This document shows, one piece after another, positions 8,475 to 17,710 of a stretch of 64,000 bases of DNA. The stretch's first letter is position 1, and each line of letters opens with the position of its first letter. The notes under the pieces were generated by a model. It saw nothing but the letters and a program-made list of their open reading frames with translations, was not told the origin of the DNA and made no database searches. This stretch comes from a virus (lineage: Duplodnaviria; Caudoviricetes), in the IMG/VR virus record IMGVR_UViG_2974545452_000001, positions 4,622-68,621 of that record; one strand, 5' to 3'. A program made the translations under genes and the position numbers.

Positions 8475-10847
8475 ATGAAACTATTTAATCGCTTTTTACG
8501 GCGTAAAGCAACGGAAAAACCAAAAGAAGATGTTGAAAAGTTGATGCAAGAGTCGCGTTCAAAGGCAGACCCGTTGGACGTGATGGCACGAACTTACAGC
8601 GCAAAGGGATTCGCTGAAGCTGCGGCATCCGAGATACAGCTGCGCGACGTAAGCTCATTCCCTATGTATATTCCGGGTGAATCAAGCCAGTACGCGATGG
8701 ACGGGAAAGTTTTGGACATCAAAAAGGCCGCTGATGACGGCATGTGCCCGACTCCAATGTCACCGGCCAAGCTTCGTCCGTCAGAATACTCGGTGCCGGA
8801 TTCAATCCAAGGTTGGTACATGAGTCAGGGCTTCATCGGCTATCAAGCATGCGCCCTTATCGCGCAGCACTGGCTTGTGGACAAAGCCTGTACTCTGGCT
8901 GGTGAAGACGCCGTGCGAAACGGATGGACGCTCAAGGCTGACGGCGGCGATGAACTGACGCTCGAATTAAAGTCAAAGATTGACGACCTGGACATCGAGT
9001 TCGGCGTGCACAAGCACATGACTGAGATGTTTCGATTCACCAACATCTTTGGTATCCGCGTTCTCATCTACGTCGTTGACTCCGACGACCCGATGTATTA
9101 TGAGAAGCCGTTCAACATCGATGGCGTAACAAGAGATTCATATCGAGGGATTTCCCAGATTGACCCGTACTGGATGACGCCCATGCTGACCTCTGAGTGC
9201 ATGGCCAACCCTGCGTCAATCCACTTCTATGATCCAGAGTTCTGGATGATCAACGGCTTGAAATATCACCGCAGTCACCTGATCATAAGCCGCACGGCTC
9301 AGCCTGCTGACATCCTCAAGCCGACTTATTATTTCGGCGGCATACCTCTTGTCCAGCGAATCTATGAGCGCGTTTATGCCGCAGAGCGCACCGCCAATGA
9401 GGCTCCACTGCTGGCGATGAACAAACGCACAACGGCGATTCACGTTGACCTTGAAAAGGCGGTCTTGAATGAGGATAAATTCTTAGACCGTATCCGCCTG
9501 TGGGTTAAGTTCCGTGATAACCACGCGGTGAAAGTTCTTGGCATGGAAGAGACGCTTGATCAGTTCGATACCAGCCTTGCAGATTTCGACTCCGTGATCA
9601 TGAACCAGTACCAGTTGGTGGCATCAATCGCCAAAACTCCGGCGACCAAGCTGCTTGGGACTTCTCCAAAAGGCTTCAACGCTACCGGTGAATTTGAGAC
9701 GATTTCCTACCATGAGGAACTTGAATCTATTCAGGCCAACATGATGACTCCGTTCCTCAACCGTCACTATTTGCTGCTGATGCGCTCTGAAGGGATTGAC
9801 ATTGGCATCAATATCGTCTGGGAGCCTGTTGACTCAATTACGACTCAGGCGCGTGCTGAGATGAACGATAAGAAAGCCCAGACCGGCGTACAGCTGATCA
9901 CCGCAGGTGTTATCTCACCGGATGAAGAGCGCAACCGCTTGAAATCTGACAAATACAGCGGCTACAACCTCACGGACGGTGAAGCTGATAAGACTCCTGG
10001 ATTCAGCCCTGAAAACATCGCTCAATTCCAAGAGGCTGGTGCAGAAATGGCGAAAGGCGTTGCCGCGATTGGTAAGACTGAGGTCGCAGAAGCCAAGGCC
10101 GAACAGCCAGACGTCAACACCGGCGCGTCGCAGGCCCTACCGGACACTGATCCAACAATGCCGCGTGAAAGCGACGCACGAGACGCCCCGCTTGATTTGA
10201 AGCAAGTGTCCTCTTTACTGCGTGAGTTGCACGCCAAGCTAGATCAGGCGGTTGACGTCGTTCGTCCAGAGGGCGGCGATGTACAGTTTGACCGACATGA
10301 GCCGATGCGCAGCGTAGGGCCAAGCGTAAGGCCGTCAGTTGGCGCGTCTGTCGCAGGCATGAAAGATATTATGCCATCCATGAGCGCTGACGCCCTGCCT
10401 AAGATGAAAATCAGCGGCATGAATATCGTTATTGAAAATCCAAAGGGTAGCATCAGGAAAGGCCAATCCGTTGATGGCGAATGGTCTGTTAAGATGCCTA
10501 TGCACTATGGCTATATCAAAGGGACTGTCGGCGCAGACGGCGACGAGGTTGATTGCTTCGTTGGCCCAGACCCGTCATCGCAGAAGGTTTATGTCGTCAA
10601 CCAGAAAGATGTTAACTCAAATGACTTTGATGAGCACAAAGTTATGTTTGGCTACACCAACGCGATGGAAGCCAAAGAGGCGTACAAGTCTGCATTCAAC
10701 GATGGTTGGACTGGCTATGACGGCATAACCGGTATGCCGATGGATCAGTTCAAACGCTGGCTTAAAGAATGGGATATGAACTTGCCAGCGCAAGGAACTC
10801 ACTCTGCAAATCCGATTTCGCCAAAGGATGAAGATAATGCCATTTAA
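8475..10847 (+). CDS. portal protein (DUF1073/Acb1-like family) with C-terminal InPase-like domain
   Basis: QHWLVDKAC...EDAVRNGW, FGIRVL, IPATKLLG-like TPATKLLGTSPKGFNATGE; C-terminal IENPKGSIRKG...HYGYIKGTVGADGDEVDCFVG...DEHKVMFG. Confidence 0.9.
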   Translation: MKLFNRFLRRKATEKPKEDVEKLMQESRSKADPLDVMARTYSAKGFAEAAASEIQLRDVSSFPMYIPGESSQYAMDGKVLDIKKAADDGMCPTPMSPAKLRPSEYSVPDSIQGWYMSQGFIGYQACALIAQHWLVDKACTLAGEDAVRNGWTLKADGGDELTLELKSKIDDLDIEFGVHKHMTEMFRFTNIFGIRVLIYVVDSDDPMYYEKPFNIDGVTRDSYRGISQIDPYWMTPMLTSECMANPASIHFYDPEFWMINGLKYHRSHLIISRTAQPADILKPTYYFGGIPLVQRIYERVYAAERTANEAPLLAMNKRTTAIHVDLEKAVLNEDKFLDRIRLWVKFRDNHAVKVLGMEETLDQFDTSLADFDSVIMNQYQLVASIAKTPATKLLGTSPKGFNATGEFETISYHEELESIQANMMTPFLNRHYLLLMRSEGIDIGINIVWEPVDSITTQARAEMNDKKAQTGVQLITAGVISPDEERNRLKSDKYSGYNLTDGEADKTPGFSPENIAQFQEAGAEMAKGVAAIGKTEVAEAKAEQPDVNTGASQALPDTDPTMPRESDARDAPLDLKQVSSLLRELHAKLDQAVDVVRPEGGDVQFDRHEPMRSVGPSVRPSVGASVAGMKDIMPSMSADALPKMKISGMNIVIENPKGSIRKGQSVDGEWSVKMPMHYGYIKGTVGADGDEVDCFVGPDPSSQKVYVVNQKDVNSNDFDEHKVMFGYTNAMEAKEAYKSAFNDGWTGYDGITGMPMDQFKRWLKEWDMNLPAQGTHSANPISPKDEDNAI

Positions 10848-11676
10848 AGCATCCAAGAAGCGAGAACGTAAACCTGATGCGCCAATAGGGGTTGGCGCAG
10901 CAATCGTTCCATCTGCGTCAATTGAAAGTTGGTACAGACAGCAGATGGAATCGATATTTGACGCCATGATTTCTGAATACAAATCAGAAATAGAAAAGGC
11001 ATTCAAAAATAAAGACGTCAAAGAGTTCTATGCAGAAGATGCATCCGTGAATAGCATATTCAATAAGCTGTTCAAACGACTTCAAAGTAAATGGACTAAT
11101 GTGTTTAAAGGATTCGCGAAGGAAACATCGAAAAAATTCGTGAACAAAACAGAAGTCCAGGCCACAGCCGCGACCCTCTACAGCCTCAAGGTGGCTGGAC
11201 TTAAATCACCGGTTGCGGCCTACAATAAAAACGTCTATAACACGATAGAGGCCAGTAAGGACTTCAACTACACTCTGATCACAGGGCTAAGTGATGAGGC
11301 GCATGAAAAGATGCACGAGGCGGTCATGTTGTCTTTGACGTCTCCAGACCCGGCTCAGCAGGGGCAAGAATCGATAGTCAAGGCGCTTTCTGAAGTCGGC
11401 ATAAAAACCAAGGAACGGGTTAAATTAATTGCAAGGGATCAGACAAGCAAGCTTTACTGTTCTTTGAGCGATCAGAGGATGGAAGAGAACGGTGTCGAGG
11501 AATTTGAGTGGATGCACTCATCGGCGGGAAAGGTTCCACGACAAACACACCTAGACAGAAACGGCCAAATATATAAGCTCAATGATCCAAGGCTATGGGA
11601 AGGCCCGAAAGCGGATCAGGGGCCACCGGGCTGGGCTATTAACTGCAGGTGTAGACGCAGACCAATTATAAGGTGA
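10837..11676 (+). CDS. head morphogenesis protein (SPP1 gp7/Mu F family)
   Basis: LIARDQTSK, FEWMHS, PGWAINCRCRRRP. Confidence 0.9.
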   Translation: MPFKASKKRERKPDAPIGVGAAIVPSASIESWYRQQMESIFDAMISEYKSEIEKAFKNKDVKEFYAEDASVNSIFNKLFKRLQSKWTNVFKGFAKETSKKFVNKTEVQATAATLYSLKVAGLKSPVAAYNKNVYNTIEASKDFNYTLITGLSDEAHEKMHEAVMLSLTSPDPAQQGQESIVKALSEVGIKTKERVKLIARDQTSKLYCSLSDQRMEENGVEEFEWMHSSAGKVPRQTHLDRNGQIYKLNDPRLWEGPKADQGPPGWAINCRCRRRPIIR

Positions 11677-11680
11677 TGAA

Positions 11681-11890
11681 ATGCCTTTATCTACCGGCAA
11701 ATCAAATAAAGCTCGCGAAGAAAACGTTGAGCGTGAAATCGCAGCTGGCAAGAAGCCAAAACAAGCAGTCGCGATTGCGTATGCTCAGCAGCGCAAGAAC
11801 GAAGGCAAAGCGGAGGATAGCGATGAAGTTGTTGTATTGCTGTCCAAACTTCTCAAACTATTGCAGAAAGTAAAGGATACCAGACTATGA
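11681..11890 (+). CDS. small head-region protein (MPL..GKS...AVAIAY family)
   Basis: MPLSTGKSNKAREENVEREIAAGKKPKQAVAIAY, a pattern recurrent in phage head modules. Confidence 0.7.
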   Translation: MPLSTGKSNKAREENVEREIAAGKKPKQAVAIAYAQQRKNEGKAEDSDEVVVLLSKLLKLLQKVKDTRL

Positions 11891-12036
11891 GCCGAGCAGC
11901 AGCAGTAAAACATCACGGTATTGCCGCCGACCTGATCGATGGTATTAAGTGTTATAAATGCAGCAAATACTTCTCATGGAAGCTGATGGTCGTGGACTTA
12001 TTTATTATTGCCGCGACTATTGTGATACTGCATTAA
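11887..12036 (+). CDS. 49-aa putative membrane peptide (not in ORF track)
   Basis: MSRAAAVKHHGIAADLIDGIKCYKCSKYFSWKLMVVDLFIIAATIVILH; ATGA-coupled to the upstream gene. Confidence 0.5.
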   Translation: MSRAAAVKHHGIAADLIDGIKCYKCSKYFSWKLMVVDLFIIAATIVILH

Positions 12037-12045
12037 CACAATTAC

Positions 12046-12090
12046 GCCCTTTTAATATCAGATATGGTGGTTAAAAGGGCATTTACTTTT
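12046..12090 (+). terminator. putative terminator
   Basis: GCCCTTTTAA-15nt-TTAAAAGGGC followed by ATTTACTTTT. Confidence 0.55.
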
Positions 12091-12207
12091 CGAAAAATGC
12101 AAACGTAAAATAAAAACGAAAAGTAAAAACTTCAATATTTTCAGCCGCATAACACTCACTTTTCCACTTTTGCACTTTTTATTTCAAATCTCGGTAGCTA
12201 TAAGGAA
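12085..12207. repeat. 123-bp tripartite non-coding element, copy 1
   Basis: 37/39 identity (12085-12123 vs 63861-63899), shared CACTTT(T/G)CCACTTTT, and 26/26 identity (12182-12207 vs 63958-63983), all at the same offset. Confidence 0.9.
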
Positions 12208-12509
12208 TATATAACTAAGGATAGTACACTACTATCATAAATCTCTTATATATTAAATATACAATATAATTATGATTAGTAATAAAGTAACCCAGTATAG
12301 ATAACCGGAGCCCATACAGCAGCGGCATTCAACACAAGCCAGAACTTTATGTTTTTACTTTTCGTTTTTATAATCCCAAGGAAATTGTAAAAGTGACATG
12401 TGCCTCGAATATTTGGCGCGGCCATAGTGAAAAACACACCAACAATTGCTTGCCCTTCGATACACGCATAGATATAATACAATGTGTTGAACTGTACGAG
12501 ATAATAATG

Positions 12510-13928
12510 ATGCCTAATACAGCACGCGAACTTGATGATAACGGCTATTTAGTGGTCAGAGGATGCCCGCTGTCGTCATTCGGCATCTTTGATTATTCTG
12601 CACGTCAGGTCGGCCTGCCGGGCGACCCTAACCGCATCGTGAAGGTCTATCGTCCTGAATCTGCGGTATCAGAGCCAGAGGCAATCGATTCGTTCAAGAA
12701 CGTGCCTTTCATCAATGAGCATGAAATGCTTCACGGCACCGATGAAACAGAAGGGGCCGCGCCAGAGGAAAAAGGCGTTGATGGCATTCTGACCTCGAAC
12801 GTGTACTATGACAAGCCATGGATGCGTGGAGACATCAAAGTGTTCTCCCGTAGCGTAAAAAGGGAACTTCAAAAAGGCAAAAGTGACTTGAGCCTTGGCT
12901 ACGGCTGCCAGTTTGAACATAAGCCTGGAATTTGGAACGGCCAGCCTTACGAGGTTATCCAAACCAGATTGCGCGGCAACCACATCGCATTAGTCGGTGA
13001 GGGCCGGGTGCCGGGTGCTAGAGTGCTGGACGGTCTTGTATTTGACCATCTCAGTTTTGAGTCTGTTAAACCCTATGAGGACGAATCAATGCCGATTCCA
13101 GTCAAGAAAAAAGTTGGGGATAACGCCGTTGAACAGCTGAAAGCGCTCATCCCTGCGCTGCAGCAATTCCTGAATGAAGAGGCTCAAGAGCCAGAGCATC
13201 AGGAAGCGGCCAACCCCGGTGAAGCAACCGAAGCACAAACCCCTGATGTTGCAGAAGAGCCAGATGGCGGTGAAATGCCAGATCAGAAGCCCGAATCAGC
13301 AGAAACTGTTGAAGCCGGTGAGCAACCTCAGCCGGGCGACGCACCTACCACCGTTGAAGAAGCGCCAGGCGGTGAAGGTGATGCTCTTTCTCAGTTGATC
13401 CCTCAGATCAAAGCTCTTTTGGCCGAACTGGAATCTGCAGTGCCTGGCGGCGACACTGTTGATGAAGGAATGACCAATGAGCCAAGTGCAGAAGACGCCG
13501 TTGAAGGCATTAAAGGCCTGCAAGAATCAAGCAATCCTGGCGCTCAAGTCTGCGCTGACGACGAAACCACAACTGAAACGCCTAAAGCCTCCCCAGGCCC
13601 GTCGGCGGGCACGCACGCGCATGCTGGCGATTCTTCGCTACAGCATTTCTATGCTGATGTGGCTATTAAGAATCGCCTCTACGACCGGCTGTCTAAAGTT
13701 GTTGGAGCCTTCGATCATGCAGCTATGGATTCAGCTAAAGTCGTGGATTACGGCGTTGCTAAGCTGAAATTGAAGGTTGGCGATAGCAAAGCGTTTGACG
13801 TTTTGAACGCTCATCTGGACGGCATCGAACTGGCTCAGCGTAAGGCCGCCGATTCGATTCTGAAGCGCAACTCGATGGATTCTGCGGCTGCGGCTCCAGA
13901 AATCGAATCGTACATCAAAGGGGAATGA
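12510..13928 (+). CDS. prohead protease/scaffold (DUF2213)
   Basis: VYRPESAV, FINEH, LSLGYGC, NHIALVGEGR; acidic C-terminal scaffold half. Confidence 0.9.
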   Translation: MPNTARELDDNGYLVVRGCPLSSFGIFDYSARQVGLPGDPNRIVKVYRPESAVSEPEAIDSFKNVPFINEHEMLHGTDETEGAAPEEKGVDGILTSNVYYDKPWMRGDIKVFSRSVKRELQKGKSDLSLGYGCQFEHKPGIWNGQPYEVIQTRLRGNHIALVGEGRVPGARVLDGLVFDHLSFESVKPYEDESMPIPVKKKVGDNAVEQLKALIPALQQFLNEEAQEPEHQEAANPGEATEAQTPDVAEEPDGGEMPDQKPESAETVEAGEQPQPGDAPTTVEEAPGGEGDALSQLIPQIKALLAELESAVPGGDTVDEGMTNEPSAEDAVEGIKGLQESSNPGAQVCADDETTTETPKASPGPSAGTHAHAGDSSLQHFYADVAIKNRLYDRLSKVVGAFDHAAMDSAKVVDYGVAKLKLKVGDSKAFDVLNAHLDGIELAQRKAADSILKRNSMDSAAAAPEIESYIKGE

Positions 13929-13929
13929 T

Positions 13930-14592
13930 ATGTTCCAGCAAACTGTAAAACGTAATTTCACCACCGGCTTCCCCGGCGACATCGTCCGTGATGGGCCGCG
14001 CCGTGCCAAGCCAGGCCGTATCATCGCCCCTGCATCCGGCGCAACTGCCGTTGTTGAGGACGGTGGCGTTATCACCCGCGCATTTGGCTATGCCGATGAC
14101 TTGGGCACGCTGGGCGGCACCGACGCCTCCATGCAGACCCGCGCAATCGATGGCTATGAAGTGTTTGTTGGTGGCAAGAACTTCTTTGGGGTTCTGGGCC
14201 ATACCAAGCACTACTCTTTGCGTGGCACACAAGCAGGTGGCACCTTGGCACCAAGCATGGCTCTGCCTCTGGGCGCTGAAGGCGAATTCTTCGATATGGT
14301 AACCGGCCTGATCGTCCAGCTGTTTAACCCAGACACCACCGCTGCCCAAACGGTCAACTTTGGTGATGGCGTGGCATACGTCCGCGTTGACGCCGACGCG
14401 ACCAAGCTGGCAACGCTGAATGCCGCTGGCGTTCCTGCCGGTGGCTTGGTGGCCGTTCCGCAGGGCACAACTCTGGACGGTGATGTGTTCGTCACCATTC
14501 CAAACGCCCGAATCCAAGAAGCGCATGCATTGCCGCAGTCAGAAGCTGCCAATCCTGCAAGCGTCTTTGCAATCGTCCAGCTGACTCAATAA
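13930..14592 (+). CDS. capsid cement/decoration protein
   Basis: Position between protease and MCP; FQQTV...[14 protein letters not shown]. Confidence 0.7.
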   Translation: MFQQTVKRNFTTGFPGDIVRDGPRRAKPGRIIAPASGATAVVEDGGVITRAFGYADDLGTLGGTDASMQTRAIDGYEVFVGGKNFFGVLGHTKHYSLRGTQAGGTLAPSMALPLGAEGEFFDMVTGLIVQLFNPDTTAAQTVNFGDGVAYVRVDADATKLATLNAAGVPAGGLVAVPQGTTLDGDVFVTIPNARIQEAHALPQSEAANPASVFAIVQLTQ

Positions 14593-14602
14593 GGAAAGCG
14601 AA

Positions 14603-15751
14603 ATGTCATACAACAAGCTCAGCCAAACGCACTCCACGCTGTCTGCACGGCAGATGGCGAAAGCGCTGGACATGAAAGACGTGTCCAATGCCGCAGTCGC
14701 GCAGTTGGCCCGCCTCGGTATTGTATTTGATCACTCCATCGTTCAAGATCAGATCAAATACTTGGTAGGCAAAGGCGCAATCCGCACCGGCATGGCGATG
14801 GATGCCAACTTTACTGCTCCGGTCACCACGCCGTCGATGGCGACGCCGATTCAGTTCCTGCAGACCTGGCTGCCTGGCTTCGTCAAGGTTCTGACCTCTG
14901 CGCGTAAAATCGATGATCTGATCGGCATCAAAACTGTCGGCTCCTGGGAAGATGAAGAAATCGTCCAAGGCATCGTTGAACCTTCTGGCGTTGCGACAGA
15001 ATATGGTGACTACACCAATATTCCGTTCACCAGCTGGAACACCAATTTTGAGCGTCGCACCATCGTCCGTGGCGAACAGGGCATGCAGGTTGCACTGCTG
15101 GAAGAAGCACGCGCAGCAGCGATGCGTTTGAACTCCGCAGAGACCAAGCGCCAGCAGGCCAGCGTCTCGCTCGAAATCTTCCGCAACGCGGTGGGCTTCT
15201 ACGGCTGGAACGTCAACGGCACCAACCGCACGTTCGGTTTCCTGAACGACCCTAACCTGCTGCCTGCCATCACCACTTCGGTCGCTGGCGGCTGGGCAAC
15301 CGGTAGTTTCCAGCAGATCATCGGCGACATCCGTATGGCGATCATGACACTGCGTACTCAATCGCAAGATCAGATTGACCCGGAAGCCATTGATCTGACT
15401 CTGGCGCTGCCGATGAACCGCGTTGACTACCTGTCGGTCACTACTGACTTTGGTATCAGCGTTCGTGACTGGTTGAAGCAGACCTATCCGAAAATGCGCA
15501 TCGTGTCGGCCCCTGAACTGCAGGGCAAAGACACTAGCACCAACATCCTGTACCTGTACGCTGAAGACATCCCGTCTTCACTGGACGGCTCCAGCGACGG
15601 CGGTGAAGTGTTTGCTCAGCTGGTGCAGACCAAGTTCATCACCCTGGGTGTTGAGAAACGTGCCAAGTCGTACATCGAAGACTATTCCAACGCAATCGCT
15701 GGCGTGCTGTGTAAGCGTCCGTGGGCTGTGGTTCGCGTAGTCGGTATCTAA
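14603..15751 (+). CDS. major capsid protein (DUF2184 family)
   Basis: 382 aa, [19 protein letters not shown], highly biased codons, followed by a strong terminator. Confidence 0.92.
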   Translation: MSYNKLSQTHSTLSARQMAKALDMKDVSNAAVAQLARLGIVFDHSIVQDQIKYLVGKGAIRTGMAMDANFTAPVTTPSMATPIQFLQTWLPGFVKVLTSARKIDDLIGIKTVGSWEDEEIVQGIVEPSGVATEYGDYTNIPFTSWNTNFERRTIVRGEQGMQVALLEEARAAAMRLNSAETKRQQASVSLEIFRNAVGFYGWNVNGTNRTFGFLNDPNLLPAITTSVAGGWATGSFQQIIGDIRMAIMTLRTQSQDQIDPEAIDLTLALPMNRVDYLSVTTDFGISVRDWLKQTYPKMRIVSAPELQGKDTSTNILYLYAEDIPSSLDGSSDGGEVFAQLVQTKFITLGVEKRAKSYIEDYSNAIAGVLCKRPWAVVRVVGI

Positions 15752-15773
15752 TCCCGCTGGGATATAGTAAAAT

Positions 15774-15800
15774 AAAAGCCGGGTGTATGCCCGGCTTTTT
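15774..15800 (+). terminator. rho-independent terminator after MCP
   Basis: AAAAGCCGGG-TGTATG-CCCGGCTTTTT. Confidence 0.9.
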
Positions 15801-15857
15801 CATAGATGGGGCAGGCTGTAGGGGCTTAGTCTCCACTTATATTACGAGGACTACGAA

Positions 15858-16292
15858 ATGATTTATGTACTGTCGAAAATGACCCACTCTGTTTCATATC
15901 GCGTCTACCAAGACGTTGCTGGACTTCCAACTGCTGTGAAGAGCGTCACCATTCACGGCGGCGCAAGTCTGCCAAGCGAAAAATCCGGCTTTGGTGATAT
16001 GCACCAAACTGAAGATGGCCGCCCGATTTGGACTGCAGAAGGCACCGTCACCAAAGTCTCTGATGCTGACTATGAAGTTCTGAAAGGCCACGCTTTGTTC
16101 TGCAAGCACCTGGACAACAACCACCTCAAAGTCGTTACCTATGACATTTCTGGTAACAACAAAGAGATCACGCGCCTGGCCGGTGACATGGAAGATGACG
16201 GACGCCGCCAGCTCAATAAGAGCACCATGAACACCAAGGTGAAAGCGACAACCGTCAGCGGCAACGCCGACGACGATTCAAACCGTATTTAA
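15858..16292 (+). CDS. virion morphogenesis protein
   Basis: Position after MCP; GAGGA RBS. Confidence 0.65.
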   Translation: MIYVLSKMTHSVSYRVYQDVAGLPTAVKSVTIHGGASLPSEKSGFGDMHQTEDGRPIWTAEGTVTKVSDADYEVLKGHALFCKHLDNNHLKVVTYDISGNNKEITRLAGDMEDDGRRQLNKSTMNTKVKATTVSGNADDDSNRI

Positions 16293-16303
16293 GGTGACCG
16301 CCC

Positions 16304-16780
16304 ATGGCCCAATATGATGACGCGCTGTTTAGACAGCAGTTTCCTGAGTTTTCTGATGCCACTTTGTATCCAGAGCCTAAAATCAGAGTCTTTTGGAACG
16401 TGGGCGCATCCTTCATCGATCGTCGTGACTACCCATGTCGCTCGTTAACAGGCGACGCATTGGCATACGCCATGAACTTAATGGCGGCGCACCTGATGAC
16501 CATTTCAATCCAAAACCAGCAAGCGATGACTGGCGGCGGAACGGCTGGCGGCCAAGGCGTACCAGATCAGGGCGGATTCATCACCAGCGCCCATATCGAT
16601 GAAATTACAGTGAGCAAGCTGGCTCCACCCGTTACCAACGGCTGGCAATTCTGGCTCGCTTCGACACCATACGGCCAGCAGATTTGGGCGCTTATCGGCA
16701 TCGTTGCGGTCGGCGGGTTCACGGTCGGTGGCCTGCCAGAGCGCGAAGGATTCCGCAAAGTTGGAGGGGTGTTCTGGTGA
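16304..16780 (+). CDS. head-tail adaptor (DUF4054)
   Basis: FRQQFPEFSD, LMAAHL, WLASTPYGQQ. Confidence 0.85.
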   Translation: MAQYDDALFRQQFPEFSDATLYPEPKIRVFWNVGASFIDRRDYPCRSLTGDALAYAMNLMAAHLMTISIQNQQAMTGGGTAGGQGVPDQGGFITSAHIDEITVSKLAPPVTNGWQFWLASTPYGQQIWALIGIVAVGGFTVGGLPEREGFRKVGGVFW

Positions 16781-17229
16781 TACCTGGGTTCAATTTACTT
16801 CGCGTTGCGAATAGAGCCATAAGATTCCAGCCAATCGCCTATATGCGCGATGGCGGCAGGACAACGGACGCGGCCGGGCGATTTGTCACAACCAGGTCAC
16901 CCGCCATAACTCTAATGGCATCTGTGCAAGCGGTTAAGCGCGACAAGTATCATGATATGGGGCTTGACTTTCAAAAGGAATATGTAAAAGTTTTTGCCTC
17001 ACTTGACGTCATAGATATTGGCCGCGATGAATCAGGCGACCAGTTTGTTTTTGGATACAAACTATTCCAAATTGAAAGTGAAACAAACTGGTATGTCCAA
17101 GATGGCTGGGCATCTTGCCTGTGCGTGTTAATCAAAAAACTTACTCCGCAGGAAGTTGCTGAATATGAAAGACAACGACTTGATAGTGATCTTCAGATCA
17201 AAAATCTCAGAAGCACTAGCCAAAGCTAA
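16777..17229 (+). CDS. head closure/stopper protein
   Basis: GTG start overlapping the upstream stop; MIPGFNLL...; WYVQDGW. Confidence 0.7.
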   Translation: MIPGFNLLRVANRAIRFQPIAYMRDGGRTTDAAGRFVTTRSPAITLMASVQAVKRDKYHDMGLDFQKEYVKVFASLDVIDIGRDESGDQFVFGYKLFQIESETNWYVQDGWASCLCVLIKKLTPQEVAEYERQRLDSDLQIKNLRSTSQS

Positions 17230-17701
17230 CTGGAATTTTCCAGTCATCCAGCTTGAGCAGCCAACCCTTCAAGGTGCCAATACGGAATCAACCGTATATT
17301 TCCAAAAGTTATTTGACGTACCGTATGGCACTGCGCAGCGGACAAAGCAATGGGATGCTGCGAACAACGTATTTAACGACACTGAAGAGCAGGCTTACGA
17401 GACAACTTTTAAAGTATCCGCCTTGATTCCTCAAGTGCCCGGTGATCTTAGTATCCCAACGCCGTCTGACGTCGTTAATTACATACAAAAATATCTCTCC
17501 CATCGCGCTATAATTGCGCAGATGAATAAGATTGGATTCAGAATCTTGAGAGTCACAAGGGTGACGAATCCATATTTTACAGATGACAAATCGCTCATGG
17601 AAGCGATGCCGTCATTTGATATTGTAATAACCCACTCCCAATCCCTCACTCTTACGATTCCAAAAATCGATAGGATAGAGGGCAAAGCATATCCAGTTTA
17701 A
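17165..17701 (+). CDS. tail terminator/neck protein
   Basis: Synteny; PSFDIVITH. Confidence 0.6.
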   Translation: MKDNDLIVIFRSKISEALAKANWNFPVIQLEQPTLQGANTESTVYFQKLFDVPYGTAQRTKQWDAANNVFNDTEEQAYETTFKVSALIPQVPGDLSIPTPSDVVNYIQKYLSHRAIIAQMNKIGFRILRVTRVTNPYFTDDKSLMEAMPSFDIVITHSQSLTLTIPKIDRIEGKAYPV

Positions 17702-17710
17702 GGAACGATA

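Noticed and set aside
12276-12482. 68-aa minus-strand ORF in the head intergenic region
   Set aside because: No RBS, lies in an AT-rich regulatory gap, opposite to the operon direction
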